Of a stretch of DNA of 64,000 nt, positions 61,036 through 64,000 are shown piece after piece. The translations under genes were made by a program, and so were the position numbers. Each line of letters starts with the position of its first letter. The stretch's first letter is position 1. Source of the DNA: Octopus sinensis (lineage: Eukaryota); assembly GCF_006345805.1 (NCBI RefSeq), contig NC_043014.1, positions 42,904,001 through 42,968,000 of the forward strand, in the 5' to 3' direction. The notes under the pieces are model-generated. The model did no database searches, was not told the DNA's origin, and worked only from the letters and a program-made list of their open reading frames with translations.

Positions 61036-61661
61036 ACCAATGATTTTTATGTGGTATGATCTCCAGCAATTTTTACATGGAACCAGCACCAGTGCGTAGG
61101 AGTGGCCGTGTGGTAAACAGCTTGCTTATGAACCACATGGTTCCGGGTTCAGTCCCACTGCATGGCACCTTGGGTAAGTGTCTTCTAATAATAATAATAA
61201 TAATAATAATTATTATTTTTATTTTCAAATTCCGTCGAGACCAATACCAATGATTTTTATATGGTATAATTACCAGCACATTTTACATGGAACCAGCACC
61301 AGTGTGTAGGAATGGCTGTGTGGTAAGCAGCTTGCTTATGAACCACATGGTTCCGGGTTCAGTCCCACTGAGTGGCACCTTAGGCAAGTGTCTTCTAATA
61401 ATAATAATAAAAATGATTATTATTATTATTATTATTTTCAAATTCCGTCAAGACCAATACCAATGATTTTTATATGGTATAATTACCAGCACATTTTACA
61501 TGGAACCAGCACCAGTGCGTAGGAGTGGCTGTGTGGTAAGCAGCTTGCTTATGAACCACATGATTCCGGTTCAGTCCCACTGCATGGCACCTTGGGTAAG
61601 TGTCTTATAATAATAATAATAATAATAATTATTATTATTATTATTTTCAAATTCCGTCGAG
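61036..61661 (+). repeat. Tandem triplication of a ~210-bp chimeric unit containing the SINE-A head
   Basis: ACCAATGATTTTTAT...TTTTACATGGAACCAGCACCAGTG.GTAGGA.TGGC.GTGTGG...TTTTCAAATTCCGTC three times. Confidence 0.9.
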
Positions 61662-61890
61662 ATCAACTTTGCTTTTAATCCTTTCAGGCTCGATAAATTA
61701 AGGACCAATGGAGCAGTGAGGTGGATGTAACTGACTATTCTCAACCCCACAAATTTCTGGCCTTGTTCTTTTTAGTAGAAAGGACTATTATTATTAATAT
61801 TCATTTTATTCATCATGTACAAGTACGTGTGTCCACATCATTATTTTATATATTCTATTCAACTTTTCCTGAGTGTACTGAATTTATATA

Positions 61891-62280
61891 GGCGCAGGAG
61901 TGGCTGTGTGGTAAGTAGCTTGCTTACCAACCACATGGTTCCGGGTTCAGTTCCACTGCGTGGCACCTTGGGCAAGTGTCTTCTGCTATAGCCTCGGGCT
62001 GACCAAAGCCTTGTGAGTGGCTTTGGTAGACGGAAACTGAAAGAAGCTTGTCGTATATATGTATGTATGTTTGTGTGTCTGTGTTTGTCCCCCTAACATT
62101 GCTTGACAACTGATGATGGAGTGTTTACGTCCCTGTAACTTAGCAGTTTGGCAAAAGAGACCGATAGAATAAGTACTAGGCTTCCAAAGAATAGGTCCTG
62201 GGGTTGATTTGCTCAACTAAAAAGGTGGTGCTCCAGCATGGCCTCAGTCAAATGACTGAAACAAGTAAAAGAGTAAAGAG
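61891..62280 (+). mobile_element. SINE-A, full length
   Basis: Head to tail match. Confidence 0.92.
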
Positions 62281-62549
62281 TGCATTTTATGTGGCATCAG
62301 CACCGGTGCTTCTTATGTGACACCAGTACATGTTATTTTAATGTGGGACCAGCAACAGTCTTTTTATGTGGCACTAGAACCAGTACTTCATGCATGGCAA
62401 TAGCACCAGTGCTACATTATTTACATTATTTACAGAAACTGAAAGAAGACCATCGTATATATAAATATACATGTGTGTATGTGTATGTCTGTCTATGTCC
62501 CCCATCACTGCTTGACAACCGGTGTTGGCGGGTTTCGGTCCCTATAATA

Positions 62550-62778
62550 TATTTCTTTATTGCCCACAAGGGGCTAAACATAGAGGGGACAAACAAAGAC
62601 AGACAAAGGGATTAAGTCAACTACATCGACCCCAGTGCGCAACTGGTACTTTATTTATCGACCCCGAAAGGATGAAAGGTAAAGTCGACCTCGGTGGTGT
62701 TTGAACCCAGAACGTAACAACAGACGAAATACTGCTGAGCATTTCGCCCGGCGTGCTAACGATTCTGCCAGCTCGCCA
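62550..62778 (-). mobile_element. SINE-B, full length, nested in a SINE-A 3' half (62433-62910)
   Basis: 11-bp TSD TCCCTATAATA at 62539-62549 and 62779-62789. Confidence 0.88.
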
Positions 62779-63508
62779 TCCCTATAATAGAATAAGTACT
62801 AGGTCTTAAGAATAAGCCCTGGGGTTGATTTGTTTGGCTAAAGCCCCTCAAGGGAGTGCTCTAGCATGGCAACAGTCAAATGACTGAAACAAATAAAAGA
62901 ATAAAAGAACATACCAGTTAAACACTCGTCATATAAATACATCTGACGATACTTAATCCCACCGACTATTCTGTCTTGAAAATTACTCATCTGGACTCTT
63001 TAATAGAAGACAAAGATATAAAATATATATTTATTTTTTCCTCAATAGTAGCCATTTTAAGAAATAAAGTCTATTAAAATATCGGTTTCATGATTTATGG
63101 CATTTAGTAAAAATAGTGGTTTTTGTTTGGAAGTAAGTAACAAAAAAAAAAGAGCAAAAAAAAACAAAAAATAAAATAAGTTTGACAGCCACAAACAAAA
63201 TTTTTGCTCACACGCCTACACACACACAGATATATATTTTTGGCAAATTCGCAAGCATAAAGATGCATAAATTCATTTATATTCCCACTCTAAGCAGATA
63301 TATATATAAATATATATATATACATATATACACCATATACATACATATATATATATATATAGATATATATATATATATATATATATATGAACACAATAAT
63401 TTAATTCAGTCAAAAAAGAAATTAAAGCTACAAAATTTCCATTTATATACTTTGAAGACTATGTAATTATATATATATTAAACACATCTTTTATCTATCT
63501 ATCTATCT

Positions 63509-63565
<57 letters not shown>

Positions 63566-63582
63566 ATATATATATTATATAT

Positions 63583-63617
<35 letters not shown>

Positions 63618-63901
63618 GCAATCATAATATATATATACATATATGTACATAAAAATGTGTGTGTGTACATATATGTGTGTTTATATGTGTGTGTGTATTT
63701 ACTATATATGCATGTATACAGAGAATTTATACACTTACAAAGAAGCTATATTTACTTTTAATAAAAAAAAGTATACTCGATATCATATTAATACTTATTA
63801 ACAAATACACACACGCACACACACGCACATACTCATAGACACACACATACACACACATACACACACTCACACATGTACATGCACAAACTCTCCTAGACAT
63901 A

Positions 63902-63935
<34 letters not shown>

Positions 63936-64000
63936 ACACAACAGAAAGAAATATGAAAGATATATTTCAAAGAATTTTTCCAAATCCATCTTTCTTTATT

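Overview
Repeat-saturated, AT-rich animal genomic DNA with no recognisable intact host gene. The SINE families, microsatellite density and mariner/RTE/CR1/Tx1 content point to a coleoid cephalopod such as Octopus; this is an inference. Nearly all ORFs in the supplied track are microsatellite or SINE artefacts. The supported content is: (1) roughly 30 copies or fragments of a CORE-like tRNA-SINE (SINE-A) plus several other tRNA-SINE families (B, C, D); (2) three decayed mariner elements, a Tc1/mariner-type inverted pair, and hAT, piggyBac and Helentron-type non-autonomous elements; (3) 3' fragments of CR1, RTE, R4/Dong and Tx1 LINEs; (4) tiny 28S rRNA and U6 snRNA inserts; (5) a few weak + strand exon candidates. 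Three observations stand out. First, there are at least seven minimal hammerhead-ribozyme motifs in Penelope-type remnants, one of them inside a tRNA-headed SINE-like element with an inverted tail copy and a 12-bp TSD. Second, a Tx1-clade LINE sits in (TATC)n microsatellites and its 3' end resembles the tail of SINE-B. Third, there are several locally templated insertions and fold-back structures. Family letters are my own labels. Element boundaries are approximate unless a TSD or ITR is quoted.
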